Origin: Acidobacteriota bacterium
GTDB lineage: Bacteria; Acidobacteriota; UBA890; WLXD01
Length of the DNA stretch: 64,000 bases
Assembly: GCA_965205505.1 (NCBI GenBank)
Contig: CBDBHB010000007.1
Location: forward strand, 256,001-320,000
Reading direction: 5' to 3'
Shown here: one piece after another, positions 22,055 through 30,815 of the stretch
How positions within the stretch are numbered: position 1 is the stretch's first letter
Layout: every line of letters begins with the position of its first letter
Notes under the pieces: generated by a model
Seen by the model: the letters and a program-made list of their open reading frames with translations, nothing else
What the model was told of the DNA's origin: nothing
Databases searched by the model: none
Position numbers and translations under genes: made by a program

Positions 22055-24250
22055 TCACCCGGTCTCCGTCACCCGCAGGGAGAGCAGGCGCACCGCCTGT
22101 TGTTCCGCTGCCACATCGACGATCTTCAGCTCGACCAGGTATTGACCCGGATCCAGATCGGGCAACGGCAGCACACCCTCGTGGATACCCGGGTAGGCAA
22201 GCGGCAGGGCCGTTAGCGAAACCGTTGCGATGGGTGCGTTGACCCCCTCGCGACGAACCGTGAGCGCGACCTCCGGGCTGGCCGCACCACTGACCTGCAC
22301 GCTCGTGGCAAGCTGAAGGCCGGCACGAACGGCCGAGGTCACCAGCGGCCGGAGCATCCTGGCTTCGGTGTCCAGGGCAACGAGCATGGGATCGGCGACG
22401 AGCCAGCGATCCTGGCTAGGCGGCACCTCGACCTGCAGCCTGGCGGTGCCGATGCGATCGCCCACTTCCTCACCCACGAACATGCGCACGTCATAGACAC
22501 CCGGGTCCACCTGGAATTGCCTCACGTAGTTAAAGAATCGTGCCGGGTTCGCTGTGGACGGCGTTCCTTCCGCAGCCTCAGGTGCCACTGTCGTATGGAA
22601 CTCTCCGCGCAGCTCGCCGACACTACTGTAGGCGACGGCGTGCACCTGGAAGCGCGAGATGCCGAGTCGCTGAACCATCTGCTCGTCCATCCCCGATTCA
22701 GCGTCGCCGGTCCCGAAGGCGGGCGCCCAGCTGCCGCGGACCGTCTCCTCCTGTCCCGGCAAGCCGATGACCAGGAAGATGCTCGAAGAGCCGTCTGCGG
22801 TGAATCGATGGAGCGCTTGCGCCGGCACAGGTCGACCCGCCACGGACCCCGGAAACGACAGTGCGGCAGTGACCTCGCGCTTGATCCGTTCCAAAGCCGG
22901 CTGCTCCCGGTACCCCGGGCGCGCACGCACTTCGGCGGCCGGAACGTCGACCCGGACCTGGATCTCGTGGTACTCGCCGTCCTCGTGAGGTTCCGGCGGC
23001 TCATAGAAGATCATGTAGAACTGCGTCGAGTCGACGTACTGCTCCTGGAAGGCGCGGTCGAGATCGGCCCAGCCGATGAACGATCGGCCTCCCGTGCTAG
23101 CCGCTACCTCCGCCAGTGGAGCCGTCAACTGGGCATACGCCGGGCGTATGTTTCGCCGCAGCGCCCTGCCCACCTGGTTATCTCCGACCGCTGCCCGGGT
23201 GCCCAGCGAACCGAGCTCCGAGATCGGTCGAGGGTCGATGGTGTAGATGCTGACGTTGCCGCTGTTGGCGGCCTCGATCAGAGTGGCCATCAGTTCGAGC
23301 GCCCTCTGGTCGGGCGATGACCAGGTTGTGAGGGTCGAGCTGCCCATACCCGCGGCCACGACCTCCTGCACTGTCGCGGCAAAGGCGCCGAAGGGTCCGC
23401 TTTCGGTGATCATGACGCCCGACGAGATCCACACCAGGGCCGTCCGGCCCTCCATGACCGAGAGGGCATGGGTAAGCTCCGTGAGCTGACGCAACGTGTA
23501 CCCGAGACGCTGTCGCGCCAGCTCGCCATCCCTCTTCGCCTTTTGCTCCGCGGCCCGGACCACTTCGCGGACTTTGTTCGACGAACTCCCAGGGCCGTTC
23601 AGTACAGCGAGCGCGGCCTTCATCATGGGGTCGTACTCGCGGCCTATGCGATCGAAGATCGAGTCGCTCGACGGCCCGGCGTCGATCACCAGCTGAGCAG
23701 CGTTCCGCAACGTATCTCGATCGGTGGTCAACGGTGCCAGCTGGCGCAGCGCACCGCCGTCGCCGAGCATGAACACGCTGCGCGGGACCGCCAGATCCCC
23801 CTCTCCCTCGAACAGATCTCGGAACGCCTCCGCCAGCTGTGGATAACCAACCCGATCAAGGCTCGGCTGATCGACGAAGTAGACGATTGCTCCGAGGGTG
23901 GCAGCGCTCCACATATCGGGAGTCGGCCCACTCGAGCCACGAGAGCCGACGCTCGTGACCCGTCCACTCTCCACGCGGACCAGCTGAACGCCGGTAATCT
24001 CCTGCACGACCCCGTCTTCGAGCAGGCGGAAATCCTCTGCTGTCAGGTCGTCGATGAAGTTGTCGTCGCCGTCGGTGACCACCGTGTCGACGCGGACGCG
24101 GGTGACGGCGGAGCGGAACTGCGTCGGCTCCTGCAGCAACAGGTGCCGGGCCTCAGCATGCGAACCAACGACGGCGACGGTCGACAGGCAAAGACACGCC
24201 GCCGTCAGCGCGAGCGCCTTGAAACGCGCCGAAACCAAGACTTTATCCAT
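22055..24250 (-). CDS. Acidobacterial VWA-related domain protein
   Basis: Signal peptide; FRSAVTRVRVDTVVTD...DLTAEDFRLLEDG, IYTIDPR, TGGR, DGEYHEIQVRV, VRARPGY. The ORF-track extension into the IS is spurious. Confidence 0.82.
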   Translation of the reverse strand: MDKVLVSARFKALALTAACLCLSTVAVVGSHAEARHLLLQEPTQFRSAVTRVRVDTVVTDGDDNFIDDLTAEDFRLLEDGVVQEITGVQLVRVESGRVTSVGSRGSSGPTPDMWSAATLGAIVYFVDQPSLDRVGYPQLAEAFRDLFEGEGDLAVPRSVFMLGDGGALRQLAPLTTDRDTLRNAAQLVIDAGPSSDSIFDRIGREYDPMMKAALAVLNGPGSSSNKVREVVRAAEQKAKRDGELARQRLGYTLRQLTELTHALSVMEGRTALVWISSGVMITESGPFGAFAATVQEVVAAGMGSSTLTTWSSPDQRALELMATLIEAANSGNVSIYTIDPRPISELGSLGTRAAVGDNQVGRALRRNIRPAYAQLTAPLAEVAASTGGRSFIGWADLDRAFQEQYVDSTQFYMIFYEPPEPHEDGEYHEIQVRVDVPAAEVRARPGYREQPALERIKREVTAALSFPGSVAGRPVPAQALHRFTADGSSSIFLVIGLPGQEETVRGSWAPAFGTGDAESGMDEQMVQRLGISRFQVHAVAYSSVGELRGEFHTTVAPEAAEGTPSTANPARFFNYVRQFQVDPGVYDVRMFVGEEVGDRIGTARLQVEVPPSQDRWLVADPMLVALDTEARMLRPLVTSAVRAGLQLATSVQVSGAASPEVALTVRREGVNAPIATVSLTALPLAYPGIHEGVLPLPDLDPGQYLVELKIVDVAAEQQAVRLLSLRVTETG

Positions 24251-24427
24251 GATCGAAGAGTACTTTGCGAACGACCCATGACACAGTGCCCTGCGACGGA
24301 TATCTGGCCAACCGGCTGGGCGGCATCTAGATGAGATGAGAAGGCCAACCTCCTGAACGCAGTAGCCTGACGGCTCTGCAAACGTTTCTTCAAACGTAAC
24401 GGGCTCGAAGCCCAAGGAGGTTGGCCG

Positions 24428-25470
24428 ATGACAAGTGTAACGATTGGACTGGACGTAAGCGACCGGTACAGCCGTATGTGCGTGCTCGACAGTAAGGGCA
24501 GGGTGATGGAGGAAGGGCGGGTGAGGACGAGCCCGGAGGGGCTGGCGAGGCGGTTCGGGTGCGAGGAGCCCGCTCGAGTAGTGCTGGAGGTTGGAACGCA
24601 CTCGCCGTGGATGAGTGAGCAGTTGAAGCAACTGGGTCATGAGGTGCTGGTGGCTAACCCGAGGCGGCTGAAGCTGATCTATGGCGAGCACGGACCGACC
24701 GGTTGGATGCCGAGCACCTGGCACGAGTGGGCAGAATGGACCCAAAGCTGCTTAAGACGGTGCAGCATCGAGGCAGACAAGCGCGAGCGGATCTAGCCGT
24801 GATTCGGAGCCGAGATGCTCTGGTAAAGAGCCGCACGCAGTTGGTGAGCCATGTGCGTGGTGCGGTCAAGTCGGCCGGTTGTCGTATTCCCAGGTGCTCG
24901 ACGCCGGCGTTCGCGCGCACCGCGCCAGAGCACATACCGGAGCGGCTCAAGGGAGCGCTCGAGCCGGTGCTTGAAACGATCGCCATGCTGACGGGCAACA
25001 TCCAGCAATACGAGCGTCAGATCGTGCAGCTGTGCCAGGGGCGATACCCGGAGACACAGCAGCTCCAGCAAGTGGCCGGGGTCGGAGCTCTGACCGCACT
25101 GGCGTATGTGCTGACGCTCGAGGAGCCGGAACGGTTCAATACCTCCAGAGCCGTGGGCCCGTACCTGGGACTGAGACCGAAGAAACGGCAGTCGGGGGAC
25201 AAGGACCCTGCGCTACGAATAACCAAGGCGGGCGACAAAATGCTCCGACGCCTGTTGGTGGGCTCGGCGCATTACATCCTGGGCCCCTTCGGGCCCGATA
25301 CTGAGCTCAGACGCTGGGGGCTCAAGCTGGCCGGACGCGGTGGTCCTCATGGCAACAAAAAGGCAGCAGTTGCTGTCGCCCGTAAGCTCGCCGTTGTGCT
25401 GCACCGACTGTGGCTGAGTGGAGACGAGTACGAACCGTTGCGCGCACCTGTAGAGGTTTCAGCAGCATGA
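24428..25470 (+). pseudogene. IS110-family DEDD transposase/recombinase, frameshifted at ~24690
   Basis: TIGLDVS, VVLEVG, (K)TDRLDAE split by a frame change, GVGALTA, YLGLRPKKRQSG, AVAVARKLA. Confidence 0.92.
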
Positions 25471-25716
25471 ACTAACTCGCAACCAGGAGGTCGGTAGGGC
25501 GACGCGACCCAACGGTTATCGATCTGACCGCCCGGTCCGGGCGACTGCGAAGGTCACTACGAGCTTCGAGCTCGGCAGCTAGATTGCAGCGCCTCGAATC
25601 GGGACGGACCCCAGAATGCACCGGACGACCTGAATCCTCGTCCACCAGAGTGCGAATAGGAGCATGGCGTGCAGATCGATTCTTCGCTGGCCACCACATT
25701 GCCCTTGACCGAACTA
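25471..25716 (+). ncRNA. Putative bridge/seekRNA region of the IS1111-type element
   Basis: Stem CTGCGA/TTGCAG enclosing AGGTCACTA, the hairpin CGAGCT-TCG-AGCTCG and GCAGCTAG; the two loop arms match the target strands. Boundaries approximate. Confidence 0.7.
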
Positions 25717-25730
25717 GGCCTTCTCATAGA

Positions 25731-26006
25731 AGTGGCCTGAGTCAGAGGTTCGTTGCATATTGCTGGGACGAGATGGGGGCAAGCTCAAGGCGCGGAGAGG
25801 AAGGCGATGCAGTGGGTATCGTCGACGAGGCGCAACGCCGATATCGCCCGCAACTGCCCATCTGTCCGGAGGATGGCGGCGAAATCGGCCCGTCTGCGGC
25901 GTTGCTCCTCCTCGAAGATGGGCAAACATCGTCTCGTCGTCGCGCCTGGCATCCGGACCCATTTCGCCACCACGATACGCAACGATCATCTGTTACAGGC
26001 CACTAG
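25731..26006. mobile_element. MITE-like element copy 1 (degenerate TIRs, CTAG ends), left terminus interrupted by the IS
   Basis: (CT)AGTGGCCTG...CAGGCCACTAG; internal motifs GAGGAAGGCGATGC and ACGCCGAxATCGCCCGCA are shared with 63430-63708. Confidence 0.72.
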
Positions 26007-26062
26007 TTCGGCCGACGATGCACCACTGCCATGTTCTCTGAGAAGGCGAAGGGACTCCTCGA

Positions 26063-26160
26063 CCTAGTCGGGTACCGGGTTCCATGGCGCTCCCCGAAGG
26101 GTGTCGGTTAGCGCGTGAAGCCTCCAGGCACAGGAAACGAGATCCAACATCAGGAGCCCG
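26063..26160 (-). repeat. Kinase promoter/start-module copy E (MEPGTRLG, then no kinase)
   Basis: CCTAGTCGGGTACCGGGTTCCATGGCGCT...GAGATCCAACATCAGGAGCC. Confidence 0.75.
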
Positions 26161-26812
26161 CCGCGTGGAGTGACTGCAGCGCCGTCGCGATGGCAACGTG
26201 ATATCCGGGGTCGATTGGCAGCTCCTGACGCAGCAAAACCTGGCGGTTCAGCGTGCCGCGCATCAAACCACGCTCGGAGTGCGAGTGCCCGGGTACGATC
26301 GCGTGGACGAGCTCGTGGACCACGACTCTGGCAAACGCCCGAGCTGTCGGGCGGTTGTACCGGGCGGCCGGCGGCCGGCCTGCTTGTTGATTTACATTCA
26401 ATACTCGAAGCACTCTCAGCGGGAAAACGATGACGTGCCTGCGAGGATGGGGCTCCGCTACGACGATGCCCATTGCCCGGCGCTTCACCCCCCATGCCGA
26501 CGGCGCTTTGCCGGAGAAGAGCACCAGAAACGATCCCGCGCCGTTCACCTGCCACTGATGATCTCCAGCCTCCGCGTGCACCTGCTCCTCGGGAGACCAT
26601 GTGGCGTCGATACCGGCGGCGCGAAGGATTGCCAGCGCATCATCGCCAATCGCGGCCAGGAAGTCGGGGCTGAAACCGAAGCGATCGGAAACCACGACAT
26701 GCACCCGCCAAGGCTCGTGAGTCCCTGGCGAAGGCGGCTCCACAGCGCCAAGGGCGGGGCCAGAGCAAGCGATTCGTAGTGCGACCAGCGCCAAGGGCGT
26801 AATGCGCCGCAA
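26150..26812 (-). CDS. Hypothetical secreted protein with a zincin-like HExxHxxxxxxxH motif
   Basis: VVVHELVHAIVPGHSHSERGLM; start uncertain. Confidence 0.6.
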   Translation of the reverse strand: MRRITPLALVALRIACSGPALGAVEPPSPGTHEPWRVHVVVSDRFGFSPDFLAAIGDDALAILRAAGIDATWSPEEQVHAEAGDHQWQVNGAGSFLVLFSGKAPSAWGVKRRAMGIVVAEPHPRRHVIVFPLRVLRVLNVNQQAGRPPAARYNRPTARAFARVVVHELVHAIVPGHSHSERGLMRGTLNRQVLLRQELPIDPGYHVAIATALQSLHAAGS

Positions 26813-27053
26813 ACCGATCCTGTCATCGGGGATACAGGAGGGGAGCTGGCAGCGTGGGCCGCTGCCGCGCAGTTTATAGATTGGCCGCGCGGCAGGCCAG
26901 TCTCACACCACCCGGACACGGCTGCGTGGCAGTCCGAGCGGGCTTCCTGCTGTCTTCAGGTCGAGGGTGCTTCCCGTGCGCTCAGGGTGCCCTGGACAAC
27001 TGCACCAGATGTTCCTGCGGCCCCTGCATCGCCACCAATGGGTCGAGACGCCC

Positions 27054-28469
27054 TTAGCCCTGCGGCTCGAGCCTTCGGACCACCCAATCCGAGGTCCAGT
27101 AGACCAGGAAGCACAGCACCAGCAGAATCACGGGGAAACCGGGCGACAGCACTTCCGTGTCCGCGCCACCCGAGGCGATGTTGCGGATGATCTCATAGAG
27201 CCACAGGCCGATGCCGGTGACCAGTGTCAGCGTACCAGGGATCTTACGTGCGTCTTCGTGGTATAGCGCCGCCCACAGCACGATGAATGACGGAAGCGTG
27301 GCGGCGTAACTGCCCTGTATGAGATCGAAGGCGCGCGTGCCCGAGAGCGCCACCCAGGCGCTGATCACGGCAATGACCACGACGGATATTCGGGTCAGGG
27401 TAATGAGGCTGATCCGGTCCTTGAGAATCGGGCCGACGACGTTGCGGGCGACGACGCTGGCTGGTGCCAGAAGCCCGCTGTCGACGCTGGACGTGACCGC
27501 GGCTGTGAGGGTCAACGCGAAGATAACCGAGAGGGTCGGCGAAAACAGCTGCTCGGCCAACGCCGGGATGACGCCCTGAACGACCGACTCGTCGAGAAGC
27601 AAGTTGCCGGCAAGTCCGAGGAGAACCGGGAATGCGCCGAAGAAGATGTACAGAACCCCGGCTGCGACGGTGGAGCGCGCGGCGGTCCTCGCGGACCGCG
27701 CCGCGAACATCCGTTGTGCGAGATCCTGCGTCGCGACGTTGGCGAACACGCCAATGAAGATCAGTCCGACCCACGTTTGCATCTCTTCCAACGAACCGGT
27801 GGGAACCCAAACGAGCAGTTCGGCGTCGAGCTGGTCGAACAGTGCGGCAGTACCGGACAACGGACCGTCACCCAGCTCCGCAAGAACACGGAACGTGAGG
27901 ATGACGATACCGATCAACAGCAGGCCCAGCTGCACGATGTCGGTCATCGCGACCGACCACAGGCCGCCGACCAACGTGTACAGGGTCAGCACCGTCGTGA
28001 TCAGGATGACGCCCGTCGAGATCGGCAGGTCGAAATAGACGTTGAGCACGCCAGCAAGCCCCAGCAGCTGGACCGCCACCCAACCGATGTAGCTGATCGA
28101 TACGAACGCCTGCAGCTTCTCCGCAATCGTACCGAATCGCGCGCCGATGACATCAGCAAGCGTGAGGAGCTTCGTTTCCCAAAGGCGCCGGGCAAAGACC
28201 CCGCCGGCCAAGATCAGGCAGAACCCGATGCCGATAGGCTCGAGAACCGTTATCTGGATTCCGTCGGTGCGTACCGTGTCTGCGGTGACGAGGATGGTCT
28301 CCGCGGCGTACCAGGTGGCCATTATCGTGGCCGTCGTCATGATGCCTGACAGGCCGCGGCCAGCGACGATGTAGTCCTCGCCCGTGTGGATTCGCTTGCT
28401 CGCCCACAACGAGATCCCCACCATCAAGGTGAAGAACACTACGAGGCCGATCCCTAGTGCCAGTTGCAT
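27054..28469 (-). CDS. Sodium:solute symporter family protein
   Basis: DYIVAGRGL, YTLVGGLWSVAMTDIVQ, QDLAQRMFAA; many TM segments. Confidence 0.9.
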   Translation of the reverse strand: MQLALGIGLVVFFTLMVGISLWASKRIHTGEDYIVAGRGLSGIMTTATIMATWYAAETILVTADTVRTDGIQITVLEPIGIGFCLILAGGVFARRLWETKLLTLADVIGARFGTIAEKLQAFVSISYIGWVAVQLLGLAGVLNVYFDLPISTGVILITTVLTLYTLVGGLWSVAMTDIVQLGLLLIGIVILTFRVLAELGDGPLSGTAALFDQLDAELLVWVPTGSLEEMQTWVGLIFIGVFANVATQDLAQRMFAARSARTAARSTVAAGVLYIFFGAFPVLLGLAGNLLLDESVVQGVIPALAEQLFSPTLSVIFALTLTAAVTSSVDSGLLAPASVVARNVVGPILKDRISLITLTRISVVVIAVISAWVALSGTRAFDLIQGSYAATLPSFIVLWAALYHEDARKIPGTLTLVTGIGLWLYEIIRNIASGGADTEVLSPGFPVILLVLCFLVYWTSDWVVRRLEPQG

Positions 28470-28532
28470 CGCGACTCGGTTCTTTGTCCTTCTCAGATGT
28501 GTGACAACGTCGCCGGTTCGGAGATAGCCGAG

Positions 28533-29372
28533 CTACGGTCGAGGGTTCCCGATCCCCTCCACCTCGGCGATGAAAGCCAAGGTGTGTTCCGTCACCTCGT
28601 CGGTGACCGACATGTGGCCACGGTCTTCGTAGTGGACGAAGCGGTGGTGAACACCGGCCCCATCGAGTGCGGCGGCCATGTCTACGGCCTGCTGCATCGG
28701 CACGGAACGGTCGTCATCCGAGTGCACGATGAGGATCGGCTTGGTCCCGGGGCCGATGTTGTGGATCGGCGACGCGATCCTGCGTGCCTCGCGGGCGGCG
28801 CCCTCGACCGGCGTCCAGAGATCCCCCCACGACAGCGTATTCAGGTCGTAAGGACCGGCGGCGCTGATGACGGCCCGCACGTCGGTGCGAAAGTTCTCCC
28901 AGCCGCCGACCCGCTCGTAGGGTCCCTCGCCCAGGGTGGCCACCAGGGCCACGAGATGGCCGCCGGACGAGTTGCCGATCAGGTAGATGCGATCCTGATC
29001 GATGCTGTACTCGTCGGCGTGCGCGTGCACCCAGCGAATCGCCGTCTGGACGTCCTGATAGGCGGCCGGCGCGGGAGAGGCACCGACCAGGCGATAGTCG
29101 ATCGTCATGGCGAAAAACCCCCGACCGGCCCACTCGGCGACCTGGAGTCCGGCATCGTTGACCCGCTGGCCGGCGCGCCACCGACCACCGTGCACGTACA
29201 TGATGACGGGCAGGTCCTCGCCGCCGACCGGGTAGGCGAGGTCCGCAAGGACCGCCGAGCCAAGCGTGCGACTGTAGATGACGTCCGTCTCGACGGTTAC
29301 CGGTACCTGCGCCTGTGCAACGGTCGGTACCAGTAGCGTCAGAACCACGAGGGTAGTGATCGATCTCGACAT
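28533..29372 (-). CDS. Secreted alpha/beta hydrolase (BD-FAE/HSL-like)
   Basis: VHGGRW, GNSSGGHL, HSDDDRSVP, GH. Confidence 0.87.
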   Translation of the reverse strand: MSRSITTLVVLTLLVPTVAQAQVPVTVETDVIYSRTLGSAVLADLAYPVGGEDLPVIMYVHGGRWRAGQRVNDAGLQVAEWAGRGFFAMTIDYRLVGASPAPAAYQDVQTAIRWVHAHADEYSIDQDRIYLIGNSSGGHLVALVATLGEGPYERVGGWENFRTDVRAVISAAGPYDLNTLSWGDLWTPVEGAAREARRIASPIHNIGPGTKPILIVHSDDDRSVPMQQAVDMAAALDGAGVHHRFVHYEDRGHMSVTDEVTEHTLAFIAEVEGIGNPRP

Positions 29373-29528
29373 TCCGGTCTCCCGATCGATGGTGTATCCC
29401 AAATGCTCTGGCCATGCGATTCTGGTGGGCCTTCAGGTCAGTCTTCCACGCGTCGCCCAGCTCTCTCCGCGCGGAGGAAGCATATAGTCATGCCGGCTGC
29501 ACAAGAGGCTGTCAGGGAGGTAGTCGAG

Positions 29529-30629
29529 ATGTCACATACCAGCCGATTCAGATCAACACTCGTCGCAACGCTTGCAGCGCTGGCCGTGGTGATGGCTCCC
29601 GCGGAGTCAAGCGCCCAACACAGTAATCCGTATCGCGCCTTGTACGGATGGGCAAAGCTCCCGGAGGGGAGGACTCTGGGGGTGGTGGCCGGCATATACC
29701 TGGATCCCGATGGCCAACACATGTGGCTGATGGACAGGTGTGGTGGGAACAACTGCGCTGGCGTTGACGTAGACCCGATCCTCAAATTCGACCTGCACGG
29801 GAACCTGGTGACGAGCCTTGGCAAGGGGCTCTTCGGGTGGCCTCACGGTTTCTTCGTGGACCACAACGGAAATCTCTGGGTGACCGAGGGATCGCCGGCA
29901 GGAGAACCTCGAGGAGAAGCGGGATTCAAACTCGGCCGGGGGCACCAGGTCTTCAAGTTGAGCCCGGAGGGAGAGGTATTGATGACCCTGGGCGAAGCCG
30001 CCGCCCCCGGCGACGACGAGACGCACTTCAATGGACCCTCCCATGTGCTGGTCGCCCCCAATGGCGAGATCTGGGTCACGGACGGGCATCGCGGTGGCAA
30101 CAACCGCCTGGTTAAATTCTCGCCGGATGGGACGTTCGTCATGCAGATCGGAGGTGGCGTGGACGCGGCGACCGCTGAACGCGGTCTGTTCAACGATCCC
30201 CATCACCTCGCAATGGATTCCCGAGGTCGGCTCTTCGTTTCCGACCGGGGCAACAATCGGATCCAGATCTTCGACCAGGAGGGGACTTTCATCGGGCTGT
30301 GGACTCATTTCGGGAGACCGAGCTCGATCGCCATTGATGATCACGACAGGATTTATGTGGTCGATGGCACGACATCATTGACCGGTGTCCTGGACACAGA
30401 GTTCCCGGGCGGCGGGAGCTATGGGTACGACCGGGGTATCTGGATCGGCAGCGCCAAGACCGGTTCGATCGAGACCTTCATTCCCGAGCTTCAGCTCTCC
30501 GGATTTGCGGAGAACGGCCAACCTCTCGGCGTCGCTCAGGAGTTCATTGGATTGCATCCCGATGGCAGCATCCTCGTGGGGGAAGTCACGGGCCAGCGCC
30601 TGGTGCAGTGGATCCGGGTCAGGAATTAG
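29529..30629 (+). CDS. NHL-repeat beta-propeller (peptidyl-alpha-hydroxyglycine lyase-like)
   Basis: Signal peptide; WPHGFFVD, FNGPSHV, VSDRGNNRIQIFD. Confidence 0.82.
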   Translation: MSHTSRFRSTLVATLAALAVVMAPAESSAQHSNPYRALYGWAKLPEGRTLGVVAGIYLDPDGQHMWLMDRCGGNNCAGVDVDPILKFDLHGNLVTSLGKGLFGWPHGFFVDHNGNLWVTEGSPAGEPRGEAGFKLGRGHQVFKLSPEGEVLMTLGEAAAPGDDETHFNGPSHVLVAPNGEIWVTDGHRGGNNRLVKFSPDGTFVMQIGGGVDAATAERGLFNDPHHLAMDSRGRLFVSDRGNNRIQIFDQEGTFIGLWTHFGRPSSIAIDDHDRIYVVDGTTSLTGVLDTEFPGGGSYGYDRGIWIGSAKTGSIETFIPELQLSGFAENGQPLGVAQEFIGLHPDGSILVGEVTGQRLVQWIRVRN

Positions 30630-30815
30630 CCGACTCGTGATGACGCAGGCATGTCCGGGGGAGACACTGGCTCAACCGCCTTGCCCTGTGTTCTCGCGTT
30701 CTGCTAGTTTCGCCAAGCACTCAATCGGAGTCCCCGGTCCTGTCTCAGGACGGCACTTCGTGCGGACTGGGGCTGGACACTATCGATCTTCCGGTTCTTC
30801 CTTATCGGGGCTGTC

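Larger units (their letters stand above)
24329..25732 (+). mobile_element. IS110-family, IS1111-type insertion sequence
   Basis: Sub-terminal IRs ATGAGAAGGCC (24336-24346) and GGCCTTCTCAT (25717-25727); AG core at 24329-24330 and 25731-25732; long right non-coding end. Confidence 0.88.

Noticed and set aside
24251-24745. N-terminal extension of the VWA ORF (896 aa)
   Set aside because: It reads antisense through the IS left end; the signal peptide starts at ATG 24250.
25705-25732. IS circle-junction promoter (TTGACC -35)
   Set aside because: The -35 is plausible, but the rebuilt junction gives only a weak -10 (TAGAAG at 16 bp), so it is not called.
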